From: an uncultured Gemmatimonadales bacterium
GTDB lineage: Bacteria > Gemmatimonadota > Gemmatimonadetes > Gemmatimonadales > GWC2-71-9
Length of the DNA stretch: 64,000 bases
Direction of reading: 5' to 3'
Assembly (NCBI GenBank): GCA_963821525.1
Contig: CAWGED010000008.1
Coordinates: 227,773 to 291,772 of the forward strand
Shown: piece after piece, positions 30,464 to 40,381 of the stretch
How the letters are laid out: every line of letters begins with the position of its first letter
Numbering within the stretch: position 1 is the first letter of the stretch
Made by a program: the position numbers and the translations under genes
Notes under the pieces: model-generated
Database searches by the model: none
What the model was told of the DNA's origin: nothing
The model's input: the letters and a program-made list of their open reading frames with translations, nothing else

Positions 30464-32581
30464 ATGAGGCGCTTCGCTACTCTGGTCCTGCTGCTGGCGA
30501 CGGCGGCCACGGCCCATTCCCAGCAGATCGCCTACCCGCCAAGCAACCGGCAGGATGTCACCGACAATTACTTCGGCCGTTCCGTCCCCGATCCATATCG
30601 CTGGATGGAGGATCTGGACAGTCCCGCAACCAAGAGCTGGGTCGAGGCCGAGAACGCAGTCACGTTCGCCTACCTGGGCAAGCTGCCGCAGCGTGACTCC
30701 ATTCGCGACCGGCTGACCAAGCTGTGGAATTATCCGAGAACCCAGGTTCCCGTGAGAGTGGCGGGAGAAATCTTCTACCGGCGCAACGAGGGCCTGCAGA
30801 AGCAATCGGTCCTGTTTCGCCAGAAGACGCTTGCTGCGGAACCCGGAGCGGTCCTCGATCCGAATACGCTCTCGCCCGACGGATCACTCGCCGTAGCGGG
30901 ATGGTCGGTGGCGCCGGACGGGAAATATCTGGCCTACACCACGGCCGAAGGTGGCTCGGACCTGCAGGACATCAGGCTGCGAGATCTCACGACCGGCAAG
31001 GACCTGGATGAGCGGGTGGCCCGGGTCAAGTTCACCGGAATTACCTGGACCAATGACGCGAAGGGCTTCTACTACTCTCGATTCAAAGGCTCGACCGAAG
31101 GAGCCGACCTTCAGGCGGCCAACAAGTTCCACCAGGTCTGGTATCACACGATCGGCTCCGCCAGCGATCGCCTGATCTTCGAACGGCCCGACAACCCGGG
31201 AGACGGGGTTGGTATCAGCGTGAGCGACGATGGCCGCTGGCTCTTCGCCTTCAGCTCCAGCGGGACCTCGAACAACCGGATGTGGATCGGGGACCTTGGC
31301 AAGCCAAAGCAGCCGAATCTCTCGACGCCACTTACCGTGGTGGCGCCGGATGAGGACGCGATCTACAACCCGCTGGGCGTGGTAGGGCGAACCCTCTACC
31401 TCTACACTACCTGGAACGCGCCGAATGGACGCATCGTCGCGGCGACGGTGGGAGACACCAGCCGCACCGGGTGGCGAGATGTGGTTCCCACGGGCGAGAA
31501 CGCCATCAGTGAGAGCATGCTCGTGGGAGACCGGATCGCGATCGTGTACCTGGTGGATGTCCAGAGCAGGCTCAGTCTCTTCGATCTGAAGGGCGCACCA
31601 CGGGGCGAGGTGAAGCTGCCGGAGCCTGGAACCGCCGCGGGGTTGAGCGGCAGGAACGACGGGACCGATTTCTTCTTCGCGTTCAGCTCCTACCTCCGTC
31701 CGACCACGATCTATCGCTACGACCTGAAGGCGGGCACACTTTCACCTTTCCATGCCGCCGCCACTCCATTCGACGCATCGGCCTACGAAACCCGGGCGGC
31801 ATTCTACCAGTCGAAGGATGGCACCAAGGTTCCGATCTTCATCACGGCCCGGAAAGGAATCACGCTCGACGGGAGCCACCCCACCCTGCTCTACGGCTAC
31901 GGCGGATTCAATGTCAGCATCCAGCCGTTCTATTCACCGGCGAGCGCGGCCTGGATCGAGCTCGGCGGGGTCTATGCGGTGGCCAATCTTCGAGGTGGCA
32001 GCGAGTATGGTGAAGCGTGGCATCATGCGGGAATGCGGGACAAGAAGCAGAACGTCTTCGACGACTTCATCGCGGCCGCCGAGTTCCTGATCCACGAGGG
32101 CTACACCATCCCGCAGAATCTCGCGATTCAGGGTGGGTCCAATGGCGGGCTCCTGGTGGGCGCGGCGATGACCCAACGCCCCGACTTGTTCGGGGTGGCG
32201 CTGCCCGCGGTGGGCGTCATGGACATGCTGCGCTATCAGGACTTTACCGGCGGCCGGTTCTGGGCCGAGGAGTACGGTTCGTCGGAGGATTCGACCGCGG
32301 TGGGGTATCTTCTGGCTTATTCGCCTCTGCACAACATCAAGCCGGGAACCTGCTATCCGGCGACGCTGGTGACGACCGCGGATCACGATGACCGGGTGGT
32401 CCCCAGTCACTCATTCAAATTCGCGGCGACGCTGCAGGCGGCTCAGTCCTGCGCCAAGCCGGCCCTCATTCGGATCGAGACCTCGGGAAGTCACGGCTAT
32501 CGTCCGACCGACCGGATCATCGCCGAGATCGCCGATGAGTTCGCCTTCGCGTTGGCCAATCTGGGCAACAGCGCACCCTGA
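30464..32581 (+). CDS. prolyl oligopeptidase (S9A), exported
   Basis: Signal peptide, 'DPYRWME', GGSNGG, 'DDRVVP.H' and 'GSHG'. Confidence 0.95.
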   Translation: MRRFATLVLLLATAATAHSQQIAYPPSNRQDVTDNYFGRSVPDPYRWMEDLDSPATKSWVEAENAVTFAYLGKLPQRDSIRDRLTKLWNYPRTQVPVRVAGEIFYRRNEGLQKQSVLFRQKTLAAEPGAVLDPNTLSPDGSLAVAGWSVAPDGKYLAYTTAEGGSDLQDIRLRDLTTGKDLDERVARVKFTGITWTNDAKGFYYSRFKGSTEGADLQAANKFHQVWYHTIGSASDRLIFERPDNPGDGVGISVSDDGRWLFAFSSSGTSNNRMWIGDLGKPKQPNLSTPLTVVAPDEDAIYNPLGVVGRTLYLYTTWNAPNGRIVAATVGDTSRTGWRDVVPTGENAISESMLVGDRIAIVYLVDVQSRLSLFDLKGAPRGEVKLPEPGTAAGLSGRNDGTDFFFAFSSYLRPTTIYRYDLKAGTLSPFHAAATPFDASAYETRAAFYQSKDGTKVPIFITARKGITLDGSHPTLLYGYGGFNVSIQPFYSPASAAWIELGGVYAVANLRGGSEYGEAWHHAGMRDKKQNVFDDFIAAAEFLIHEGYTIPQNLAIQGGSNGGLLVGAAMTQRPDLFGVALPAVGVMDMLRYQDFTGGRFWAEEYGSSEDSTAVGYLLAYSPLHNIKPGTCYPATLVTTADHDDRVVPSHSFKFAATLQAAQSCAKPALIRIETSGSHGYRPTDRIIAEIADEFAFALANLGNSAP

Positions 32582-32601
32582 ACCGTCGAGGCACGACGCC
32601 C

Positions 32602-33507
32602 ATGCTGCAGGCCTTCGATCCGCGGAACAAGGATCTGGTCGTCAACATCAACGGCCGGCTGGTGCATCGTGACCAGGCGGGGGTCAGCCCGTTCGACTCC
32701 GCGGTTCAGGGAGGCGACGCGGTGTGGGAAGGGCTGAGACTCTACCGGGGACGCGTCTTCCGTTTGACGGAGCATCTCGACCGGCTCCGCCATTCGGCCA
32801 CGGCGCTCGCGTTCCAGGAAGTCCCCTCGCACGAAACCATCACCGCCGAAATCCGCCGCACGCTCGAAGCCAACAAGATGACCGACGGAGTCCACATCCG
32901 GCTCACCCTGACCCGCGGGGTGAAAATCACTTCGGGTATGGACCCCAGACTCAACCAGTCCGGCCCCACGCTCATCGTGCTGGCGGAGCACAAGCCTCCG
33001 GTGTACGCGAGGGCCGGACTCCGGCTCATCACCAGCTCGATCCGGCGATTCCCGCCCGATTGTCTCGATCCCAAGATCCATCACAACAACCTGCTTCAGT
33101 CGATTCTCGCCAAGATCGAGGCGAATACCGCGGGCGCGGATGACGCGATCATGCTCGATGTTCACGGCTTCGTGGCGGAGACCAACGCCACCCATCTCTT
33201 CTTCGTCGAAGGGGGCGTCGTGAGCACCAGCCGCACCGTAGCCTGTCCCGAGGGGATCACCCGCGCCGCCGTTCTCGAGCTCTGTCTGGAGCATGGGATT
33301 CCGCACCAGGTGCGCGACCTTTCACCCTCCGAGATCTACCGGGCGGATGAGGCGTTCTGTACCGGAACAATGGGAGAGATAGCCGGCGTAAGCTGGATTG
33401 ACGGCCGCGCAATCGGAGCGGGCAAGCCGACCCCAATGACCGAGCGGTTGCAGACGCTGTTTCGGGAGTTGACGACGCGGGAGGGGACAGTGGTGGTGGA
33501 AACGTGA
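32602..33507 (+). CDS. class IV PLP-dependent aminotransferase-like protein
   Basis: 'GDAVWEGLR', 'HLDRL', 'AETNAT', 'EGITR', 'CTGTMGE'. Confidence 0.9.
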   Translation: MLQAFDPRNKDLVVNINGRLVHRDQAGVSPFDSAVQGGDAVWEGLRLYRGRVFRLTEHLDRLRHSATALAFQEVPSHETITAEIRRTLEANKMTDGVHIRLTLTRGVKITSGMDPRLNQSGPTLIVLAEHKPPVYARAGLRLITSSIRRFPPDCLDPKIHHNNLLQSILAKIEANTAGADDAIMLDVHGFVAETNATHLFFVEGGVVSTSRTVACPEGITRAAVLELCLEHGIPHQVRDLSPSEIYRADEAFCTGTMGEIAGVSWIDGRAIGAGKPTPMTERLQTLFRELTTREGTVVVET

Positions 33508-33637
33508 GAAGTAAGACGTGGGTTGTGGGTAGTGGCGAGTTAGGGCTGATGGCTTAAGGCCTATGGCTGGTTCGAGTTCCTGGCTGCTAACAGCTAACCG
33601 CTGAAGGCTGACGGCTGAAGGCTGACGGCTGACGGCT
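33504..33637. repeat. heptamer arrays (GTGRGNN)n then (GGCTGAC/GGCTGAA)n
   Basis: Starts at the aminotransferase stop; gctgaaggctgacggctgaaggctgacggctgacggct abuts the convergent gene's stop. Confidence 0.75.
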
Positions 33638-33640
33638 CCC

Positions 33641-34075
33641 TCAAGGGTCAAACCGCTTCCTTAACTCGACGGGCGCGACCGGACACGTATCAGACGGAGT
33701 CGCGAAGAGCCGCTTCCGAATCCTCGCGACCGCATCGTAGGCCAGATCTCCCAGCCAGTTCGGCAGCAACCAGCCGGCGTCCGCCAGACGAGCGGAGAGT
33801 CCGCCCGCTTTCTGGCCGATATGCAGCACCGCGGGCCAGCGGGTAAGGGTGCGGCCATCCGCGGTGCGAATCACGATGCTGTCGGGCAGCTGGCTGCGGG
33901 CCGAGGGAGAGAAGGCGGCAAGGAAGGTCGGTCCGCCCAGCGGCGCGAATCGGAACGCGGTACCGGCGGGATCGTGGTCGACCACGAACCGGACCGCTCC
34001 GTGGCAGAGGCCGCACTCCCCGTCGTAGAAGAGGCGATCGGGCTGGTCGGGGACTGGGGAGAGCGACGAGGACAT
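33641..34075 (-). CDS. DCC1-like thiol-disulfide oxidoreductase (DUF393)
   Basis: 'FYDGECGLC' DxxCxxC and 'YDAVARIR..LF'. Confidence 0.9.
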   Translation of the reverse strand: MSSSLSPVPDQPDRLFYDGECGLCHGAVRFVVDHDPAGTAFRFAPLGGPTFLAAFSPSARSQLPDSIVIRTADGRTLTRWPAVLHIGQKAGGLSARLADAGWLLPNWLGDLAYDAVARIRKRLFATPSDTCPVAPVELRKRFDP

Positions 34076-34144
34076 CAAGGCGGACGTGAGTTCCTGGGTA
34101 CGCAGGACGTCAAAGGGCCTACCGTCTTATATTGTATCTGCTGC

Positions 34145-35281
34145 ATGAACGACACCACCCCCCTGGGAATCCTAGAAGTAACTGATCGCGGTGCGGGTTT
34201 CGTCCGTCGCCGCCAGTTCAGTTATTTGCCGGAAGACGGCGACCTCTACGTCGCTCCACGCCTGATCAGTCAGCTGGGGCTCCGCTCGGGCGACGAGCTT
34301 ACCGGCCAGGCCGGACGCTCCCCGGGCCGAGGGAAGGCGCCACCTCTCGAGCGGGTCGACCAGGTGAATGGCCGCCCCGCCTCCGAAGCGCGTCAGCGAC
34401 CCGATTTTGGCAACCTCGGCGCCATCCATCCCAACGAACAGCTGACCCTCGACTGCAATCTCCGGCGGTTCGGCCAGCCGGATTACACCAACCGGGTGAT
34501 CGACCTCCTCTGTCCCTTCGGGAAGGGAACCCGCGCCCTGATCGTCGCACCGGCGAAAGCGGGAAAGACCATGGTGCTTCAGGCCGTGGCGGAGGGCGTG
34601 GCGAAGAACTATCCGCACGCCATGCTGCTGATTCTTCTCGTGGACGAGCGGCCCGAGGAAGTAACCGAGATGGAGATGTGCGGCTTCGGCGAGGTCGTCT
34701 CATCGAGCTTTGATTGTCCCGCCGAAAGGCACGTCGAAGTCGCGGAGCTGACGCTGGAGCGGGCACGCCGCCGAGTGGAGCAGGGAGAGGACGTCGTTCT
34801 CATTCTCGATTCGATCACCCGGCTGGCGCGGGCGTACAATACGGTCGAAAGGGGAACCGGCCGCACTCTTACCGGCGGGCTCGATTCCAACGCACTCGAG
34901 AAGCCCAAGCGCTTCCTCGGCAGCGCCCGGAAAATCGACGCGGCGCGGGGAGGAGGCTCGCTCACCATCATCGGAACGGCGCTGATCGACACCGGCTCCA
35001 AGATGGACCAGGTGATCTTCGAGGAGTTCAAGGGAACCGGCAACAGCGAGCTGGTGTTGAGCCGGGAATTGGCGGAGCGGCGGATTTTCCCTGCGATCGA
35101 CCTCAAGGCCAGCGGCACGAGAAAGGAAGAGCTGTTACTTCCGCCCCCGCTCCTCGCGGTATCTCAGACCCTCCGCGGACGCTTCGCTCCAATGACCGCC
35201 ATCGATGCCATGCAGCAGGTGCTGACGTTGATGAAGCGATCCCCTTCGAATGGCGACCTGGTTAAGGAAGTGAACGGGTGA
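34145..35281 (+). CDS. rho: transcription termination factor Rho, short paralog
   Basis: OB 'GILE..GFVR', Walker A 'APAKAGKT', 'DERPEE', 'DSITRLARAYN', 'FKGTGN.EL'; no N-terminal helical bundle. Confidence 0.9.
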   Translation: MNDTTPLGILEVTDRGAGFVRRRQFSYLPEDGDLYVAPRLISQLGLRSGDELTGQAGRSPGRGKAPPLERVDQVNGRPASEARQRPDFGNLGAIHPNEQLTLDCNLRRFGQPDYTNRVIDLLCPFGKGTRALIVAPAKAGKTMVLQAVAEGVAKNYPHAMLLILLVDERPEEVTEMEMCGFGEVVSSSFDCPAERHVEVAELTLERARRRVEQGEDVVLILDSITRLARAYNTVERGTGRTLTGGLDSNALEKPKRFLGSARKIDAARGGGSLTIIGTALIDTGSKMDQVIFEEFKGTGNSELVLSRELAERRIFPAIDLKASGTRKEELLLPPPLLAVSQTLRGRFAPMTAIDAMQQVLTLMKRSPSNGDLVKEVNG

Positions 35282-35291
35282 GGGCAGCCCG

Positions 35292-36353
35292 GTGAGCCCG
35301 CAAGACGAACACATCGAGGCCGCCCAGCTGGCCGGGCTGCGCTATGTCTCCGATTCGCAGCCGGGAATCCGGCGGCAGCGCTCCGGCTCAGGATTTCGCT
35401 ATCTCGACCATGAGGGGAAGCCGATCAAGGACCCGGCACTCCTGACCCGGATCCGCGGGCTGGTCATTCCCCCCGCCTGGACCGAGGTCTGGATCTGTCC
35501 CACTCCCGACGGCCACATCCAGGCGACCGCCCGGGACGCCGCGGGCCGGAAGCAGTACCGCTATCACCCGCGATATCGCGCCATCCGCGACGAGACCAAG
35601 TTCGACCGGATGTTCGAGTTCAGCGAAGTGCTACCCAAGATCCGGGAACAGGTCGAGAAAGACCTGGCGCTGACCGGTCATCCCCGGGCCAAGATCCTCG
35701 CCACGGTGGTCCGGCTGCTGGAGAAAACGCTGATCCGGGTGGGCAACGCGGAGTATGCGAGAGACAACCGGTCGTTCGGGCTGACCACCCTGCGCCGGCG
35801 CCACGTGGACGTCAGCGGCGACACGATGGCATTCGAATTCCGGGGAAAGAGCGGCGTGGTACATCAGGTCAGGATTTCCGACCGCCGCCTCGCTCGCATC
35901 GTGCAGCACTGCCAGACGCTGCCCGGCGAGGAGTTGTTCAAGTACCTCGACGACGACGGCAAGCGGCAGACGGTGGACTCAGGAGACGTGAACGCCTATC
36001 TCCGGGAGATCGCGGGCCGCGAGATCACCGCCAAGGACTTCCGCACCTGGGCCGGCACGATGCACGCCGCGGCCGCGCTGCGCGACCTGGGGCCCAGCGA
36101 GGCGGAGCGGGAAGCCAAGCGTAATGTGGTCCAGGCGATCGATCAGGTAGCGGAGCGGCTCGGTAATACCCGCGCGGTGTGCCGCAAGTACTACGTGCAC
36201 CCCGTGGTTATCGAAGCGTACTTGCGCGGTATCGTTCCCCCGATCCCACCCAAGCCCAAGGACCCCAAGCGGGAGAGACCGGGAGCCGCGATTCGTCGAG
36301 AGGAAGCTGCGGTACTGGAGTTCATTCAACAGCAGAGCCAGACCAGGCAGTAA
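35292..36353 (+). CDS. DNA topoisomerase IB
   Basis: 'IPPAW', 'GRKQYRYH', 'IRVGN..Y', 'F.GKSG', 'KDFRTW', 'LGNT..VCRKYYVHP'. Confidence 0.95.
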   Translation: MSPQDEHIEAAQLAGLRYVSDSQPGIRRQRSGSGFRYLDHEGKPIKDPALLTRIRGLVIPPAWTEVWICPTPDGHIQATARDAAGRKQYRYHPRYRAIRDETKFDRMFEFSEVLPKIREQVEKDLALTGHPRAKILATVVRLLEKTLIRVGNAEYARDNRSFGLTTLRRRHVDVSGDTMAFEFRGKSGVVHQVRISDRRLARIVQHCQTLPGEELFKYLDDDGKRQTVDSGDVNAYLREIAGREITAKDFRTWAGTMHAAAALRDLGPSEAEREAKRNVVQAIDQVAERLGNTRAVCRKYYVHPVVIEAYLRGIVPPIPPKPKDPKRERPGAAIRREEAAVLEFIQQQSQTRQ

Positions 36354-36356
36354 GTC

Positions 36357-37040
36357 TCAGGCCGTGGCGTGCCCCGTCGAGGAGCGCTGGTGGATGTCCT
36401 CGGGGGGATAGGTCTCTTCGGTCGCCAGGAGTTCCGGATCCAGCTCGGGATCCTGGGAGTACTGCGCCGCGAGATGTTCCCCCGCCACCGCCGCCTTCAC
36501 CCGCTGCAGTACCGTCTGCGCCGCCCCAAGCGGCAGCGAGAAAGCCCTCAGGTATTCCGCCGTCGCACGCTCCACCGGCATCACTCCCCGAAGCAGCTCG
36601 GAGAAATCAGCGGCGTTCTGGACGTGCGTGGCGGTGACCACCTCGGAAGATCGCGCGCCGACCATGCGGGCCAGCTCGTGAGTCTTCTCGTTGTAGTTGC
36701 GCCGGTACTGGAGCAGCTTGAGGATCAGATCGAGCCGCAGCCAGCGCATCCCACTGAGGGTGGGAAGCGGAGTCTGAGCCGAGAGGCTGTCGAGATCGAG
36801 CGTAGCAAGCGTGCGGGTCCAGACTGCTTCCTGCATCTCGCCGGGCACCGGCACAACGGCGCAATAGAGCTCGAGCGCCTGGGTGGCCGACACGCGATGC
36901 GCGAATTCTCCGATGAACTGCTGGGCCTGTCCCGTGTGCGAATCCACCAGCGTTTCCCAGTAAAGCGCGAGCGCCACCTGGATCCGGGTGCGCATTGCCG
37001 AAGGGAAATTGCGAAGCGGGATTTGGCTGGGGACGGGCAT
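36357..37040 (-). CDS. hypothetical protein with two homologous helical repeats
   Basis: SD GGAGG before ATG; internal duplication. Confidence 0.7.
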   Translation of the reverse strand: MPVPSQIPLRNFPSAMRTRIQVALALYWETLVDSHTGQAQQFIGEFAHRVSATQALELYCAVVPVPGEMQEAVWTRTLATLDLDSLSAQTPLPTLSGMRWLRLDLILKLLQYRRNYNEKTHELARMVGARSSEVVTATHVQNAADFSELLRGVMPVERATAEYLRAFSLPLGAAQTVLQRVKAAVAGEHLAAQYSQDPELDPELLATEETYPPEDIHQRSSTGHATA

Positions 37041-37219
37041 TCCACCTCCGTTAACCGTCTAACAACTGCACGTTTCTGGACTTGCAGCAATGCCTAAAGT
37101 AGGTGATCGGCCGCCCGGCGCAATGGCTGATACCATTACACTGCAATGCGTTATGGTAAGTTGCCTTGCCACATCGAGTTCCCGAACCACGCCAGACTTG
37201 CCTGCCCAGAAATGCGACG

Positions 37220-39471
37220 CTAGCTAAGTCCCATCCGGACCAGCAGTTCCCGATACCGAGGGTGCTGGCGCAGTCCATCGAAGAGGGGCTCAACCCGCAT
37301 GTAGGCAAGCCAACCGCGACGTTCGAGCATGGATCGTTCCGCGTATTGGAAGGCTTCGTCGATTTCGCCCAGCGCGAGGAACAGCTTGGCGAAGTCGGTG
37401 GGAGAGACGTACCGGTAGGTGGTCATCCGGTGGAACTCATCCAGCGTGGCCCTGGCCTCTTCCGGCCGTTCCTGGAGAATCGCCAAGCGAGCGAGAGCGG
37501 CCATCGCATGGGTATCCCCGGGCTGGAGTACCAGCGCCTCCCGGAAAGCGGCCTCGGCCTCCGGGTAGCGGCCCGCCATGCAGAGCGACAGCCCCATGAT
37601 GATATGAGTCTCGAACGAGGTCGGGTTCATCATCAGGGCCCGTTCCAGGTGCTCGATCGCGAGCTCGGGCTCGTGCGCGTAGTACTGCAGCCACCCCATC
37701 GCCCGGCGGATGGAGACCGAGGCGGGGTCCAGTTCGATCGCCATCTTTCCCTGGATCAGGGCCTCGCCGGTACGGCCCATGGCCGCGAGGTACCAGGCGT
37801 ACCACTGACGCCCGGTTGCATAACGAGGATTGAGCGCGATACTGCGCTCGAAGTGATACCGGGCCTTCTCCCACTCCCAGTCGTGGATGAAGATGACCCA
37901 GGCAAGGGAGGTGTGCGCCTCGGCCAGCGTGTCGTCGAGGGCGATCGCGTGGAGGGCCTCCTCCTTCGCGCGCCGCATTCCCTCATCGACCGGCGCCGCG
38001 CGATAGTCGAGCTGCAGGGCGTAGGAATCGGCCAGCCCGGTATAGGCCAGGGCGTATTCAGGATCCTCCGCGATGGCCTGCTCGAAGTACTCGATGGCCT
38101 CGCTGATGCCCTCGGGTGTGCGCTTGTTCCAGCAGAACCTCCCTCTCAGGTAGAAGTTGTAGGCCTTCAGATTCTGGGTATACCGCCGAGGGACCGGCTC
38201 TCCCATTTCGCCGAGGAAGCTGGCCCGCAGGGTATTCACGATGGTCCGCGCGATCTCATCCTGGATGGCGAAGACATCGGTGTCTTCCCGGTCGAAGCGC
38301 TCCGACCAGAGCAGTCTCCCATCGTTCACATTGATCAGCTGCGCCGTGATCCGGAGACGGGACCCCGCCTTTCGTACCGTCCCCTCCAGGACCGCCGAGA
38401 CATTGAGCATCGCCCCGATGGTTCTGACATCTTCCCGTCTCCCCTTTAGAGCGAACGCCGAGGTGCGCGACGCGACGACCAGTCCCTCGACATTGGCCAG
38501 GGCATTGATCAGCTCATCAGTCATCCCGTCGCTGAAGTACTCGTTCTCCTGATCCGCGCTGGCGTTGACGAAGGGGAGAACCGCGACTGACCGGGCCCGA
38601 GAGGACGAGGAAGTCGAGGTCGGAGCCGAGAGTCCGGACAGCGGGGTGACGAGCGCCTCGGCGAATTCCGCGGCGGTTGTGAAACGGCGGGACGGTTCCT
38701 TCGAGAGCGCGCGCAGCAAGGCGTGCTCCACCGCTACGGGGACTTCCGCGCGGAGCTGGCGAACCGGAGGTGGAGGCTCCACCGAATGACGCGCCATCGT
38801 CGCCCGGGGGCTGGTGCCGGCGAAGGGAGGCTGTCCCGCCAGCATCTCGTGGAGCACGCAGGCGAGGGAATACTGGTCGCTCCGGCCGTCGTCTCCCGGT
38901 CTCCGCTCGCCTGTTCCGGACTCATGTAGGCCGGCGTGCCGATGGCGAGGCCCGGCTCGGTGACGATGTCGGTGCTCGCCTCCGAGATCGCGCGGGCGAC
39001 GCCGAAGTCGGCTACGAGCGCTTCGCCCTCATGGAGCAGGATGTTTTCCGGTTTGATGTCGCGGTGCAGGATGCCCTGGCGGTGGGCGTAGTCCAGAGCC
39101 TGTGCCACCGCGCGAGCAATGCGAAGGGCCTGGTCTACCGGGAGACGAGTCTCGCGAGACAGCCGGTCGCGCAGCGATTCGCCACCGATCAACGGCATGA
39201 CGTAGTACAGCACGCCGTCGCGCTCGCCGGAATCGTGGACCGGAACGATCTGGGGATGGGTGAGCCGTGCGGCGATGCGGACTTCGCGGAGGAATCGCTC
39301 CGGCTCGTACCCGCCTCGCTGGCCCGGCCGCAGCACTTTGACGGCGACCGGGCGAGAGTGGCGCAGGTCCTCGGCCCGGTAGACGGTCGCCATACCGCCG
39401 CGTCCCAGCTCGGACTCGAAGCGATACTGCGCTCCGAGCGTGGCGTTTAGGCGATCGATCGGGTCGGACAC
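37220..39471 (-). CDS. cytoplasmic Ser/Thr kinase - TolB-like - TPR (frameshift ~38880)
   Basis: Kinase motifs, 'SVAVLPFVN..EYFSDGMTDELI' and TPR repeats; TATACT and GGAGG upstream. Confidence 0.9.
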
Positions 39472-39528
39472 TGCCCCAGCCCTCCGAAGATTCAGGCCTT
39501 CAAGTATACCGCGCGCCCTGCCTCGTGT

Positions 39529-40377
39529 TCACGGGCCCCGAAGCGTGCCAAGGAAGCGTCGAATACCCGCCTCGTAAGCCTCGGCACCCGTTTCGAATGC
39601 GTCGTCATGCCCGCCCGGAACTTCCAGGAACGTCTTCGGCTCGGGAGCCGCCGCAAACAGCCGCCGGCCCTGAGCCAGCGGAACCGTCATGTCGTTGCGA
39701 CCATGGATCATCAGCAACGGCATGCGAAGGTTTCCAATACGGCCTTTGGAATCGAACCGGTTTCGGGAGAGCCAGCGGACCGGCACCCAGGGATAAATCT
39801 CCTGGCCCAGATCGGCGACAGAGGTGAAGCTGCCCTCGAGGATGAGGCCGGCTGCGTCAACCGAGGTCGCGAGCTGGGTCGCGACGGCGGAGCCGAGCGA
39901 GTGGCCGTAGATCACGATGCGGTTTGGCGGAATCCGAAGGCTGTCCCGCAGAAAATCATAGGCAGAGCGTGCGTCGGCGTAGAGTCCCGCCTCGCTCGGC
40001 TTGCCTTCGCTCTCGCCGTAACCCCGGTAGTCCGGCGCCAGGATACCCAGTCCCAGATCGTGGAGCTGACGGTCATGCTCGGGACGGCCTGGCGTCGCGA
40101 GATTGCCGGCGTTCCCATGAAGGATGAGAACCCATCGAGCGGAATCCGCGGGAGCCGGTGGGGGTATCACCCAGGCCACCAGCCTGCCGCCCTGACCTGT
40201 GAAGCGCGCGGCCCTGGCCTCACCGCCCAGGAAAGCCGGCGGAGTCGGGAATCCTTGCCGCCCTCTGGGAAGAAGACGAGGCTGTCCTGGTTGGCCCAGA
40301 ACCAGAGCAAGAATCAGCAGGTAGAGCGCGAGACCCACCGCGAGAATGGAGAGCACGATGCGGCGGGCGATCCTCAC
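39529..40377 (-). CDS. membrane-anchored alpha/beta hydrolase
   Basis: HGNAG, DYRGYG, GHSLG, 'HGRND', 'GGHDD'. Confidence 0.9.
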   Translation of the reverse strand: MRIARRIVLSILAVGLALYLLILALVLGQPGQPRLLPRGRQGFPTPPAFLGGEARAARFTGQGGRLVAWVIPPPAPADSARWVLILHGNAGNLATPGRPEHDRQLHDLGLGILAPDYRGYGESEGKPSEAGLYADARSAYDFLRDSLRIPPNRIVIYGHSLGSAVATQLATSVDAAGLILEGSFTSVADLGQEIYPWVPVRWLSRNRFDSKGRIGNLRMPLLMIHGRNDMTVPLAQGRRLFAAAPEPKTFLEVPGGHDDAFETGAEAYEAGIRRFLGTLRGP

Positions 40378-40381
40378 ACGA

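Noticed and set aside
35292..36353. Topoisomerase IB as evidence of a viral or integrated element
   Set aside because: TopIB is common on bacterial chromosomes; codon usage is host-like and no phage, integrase or att features are nearby.
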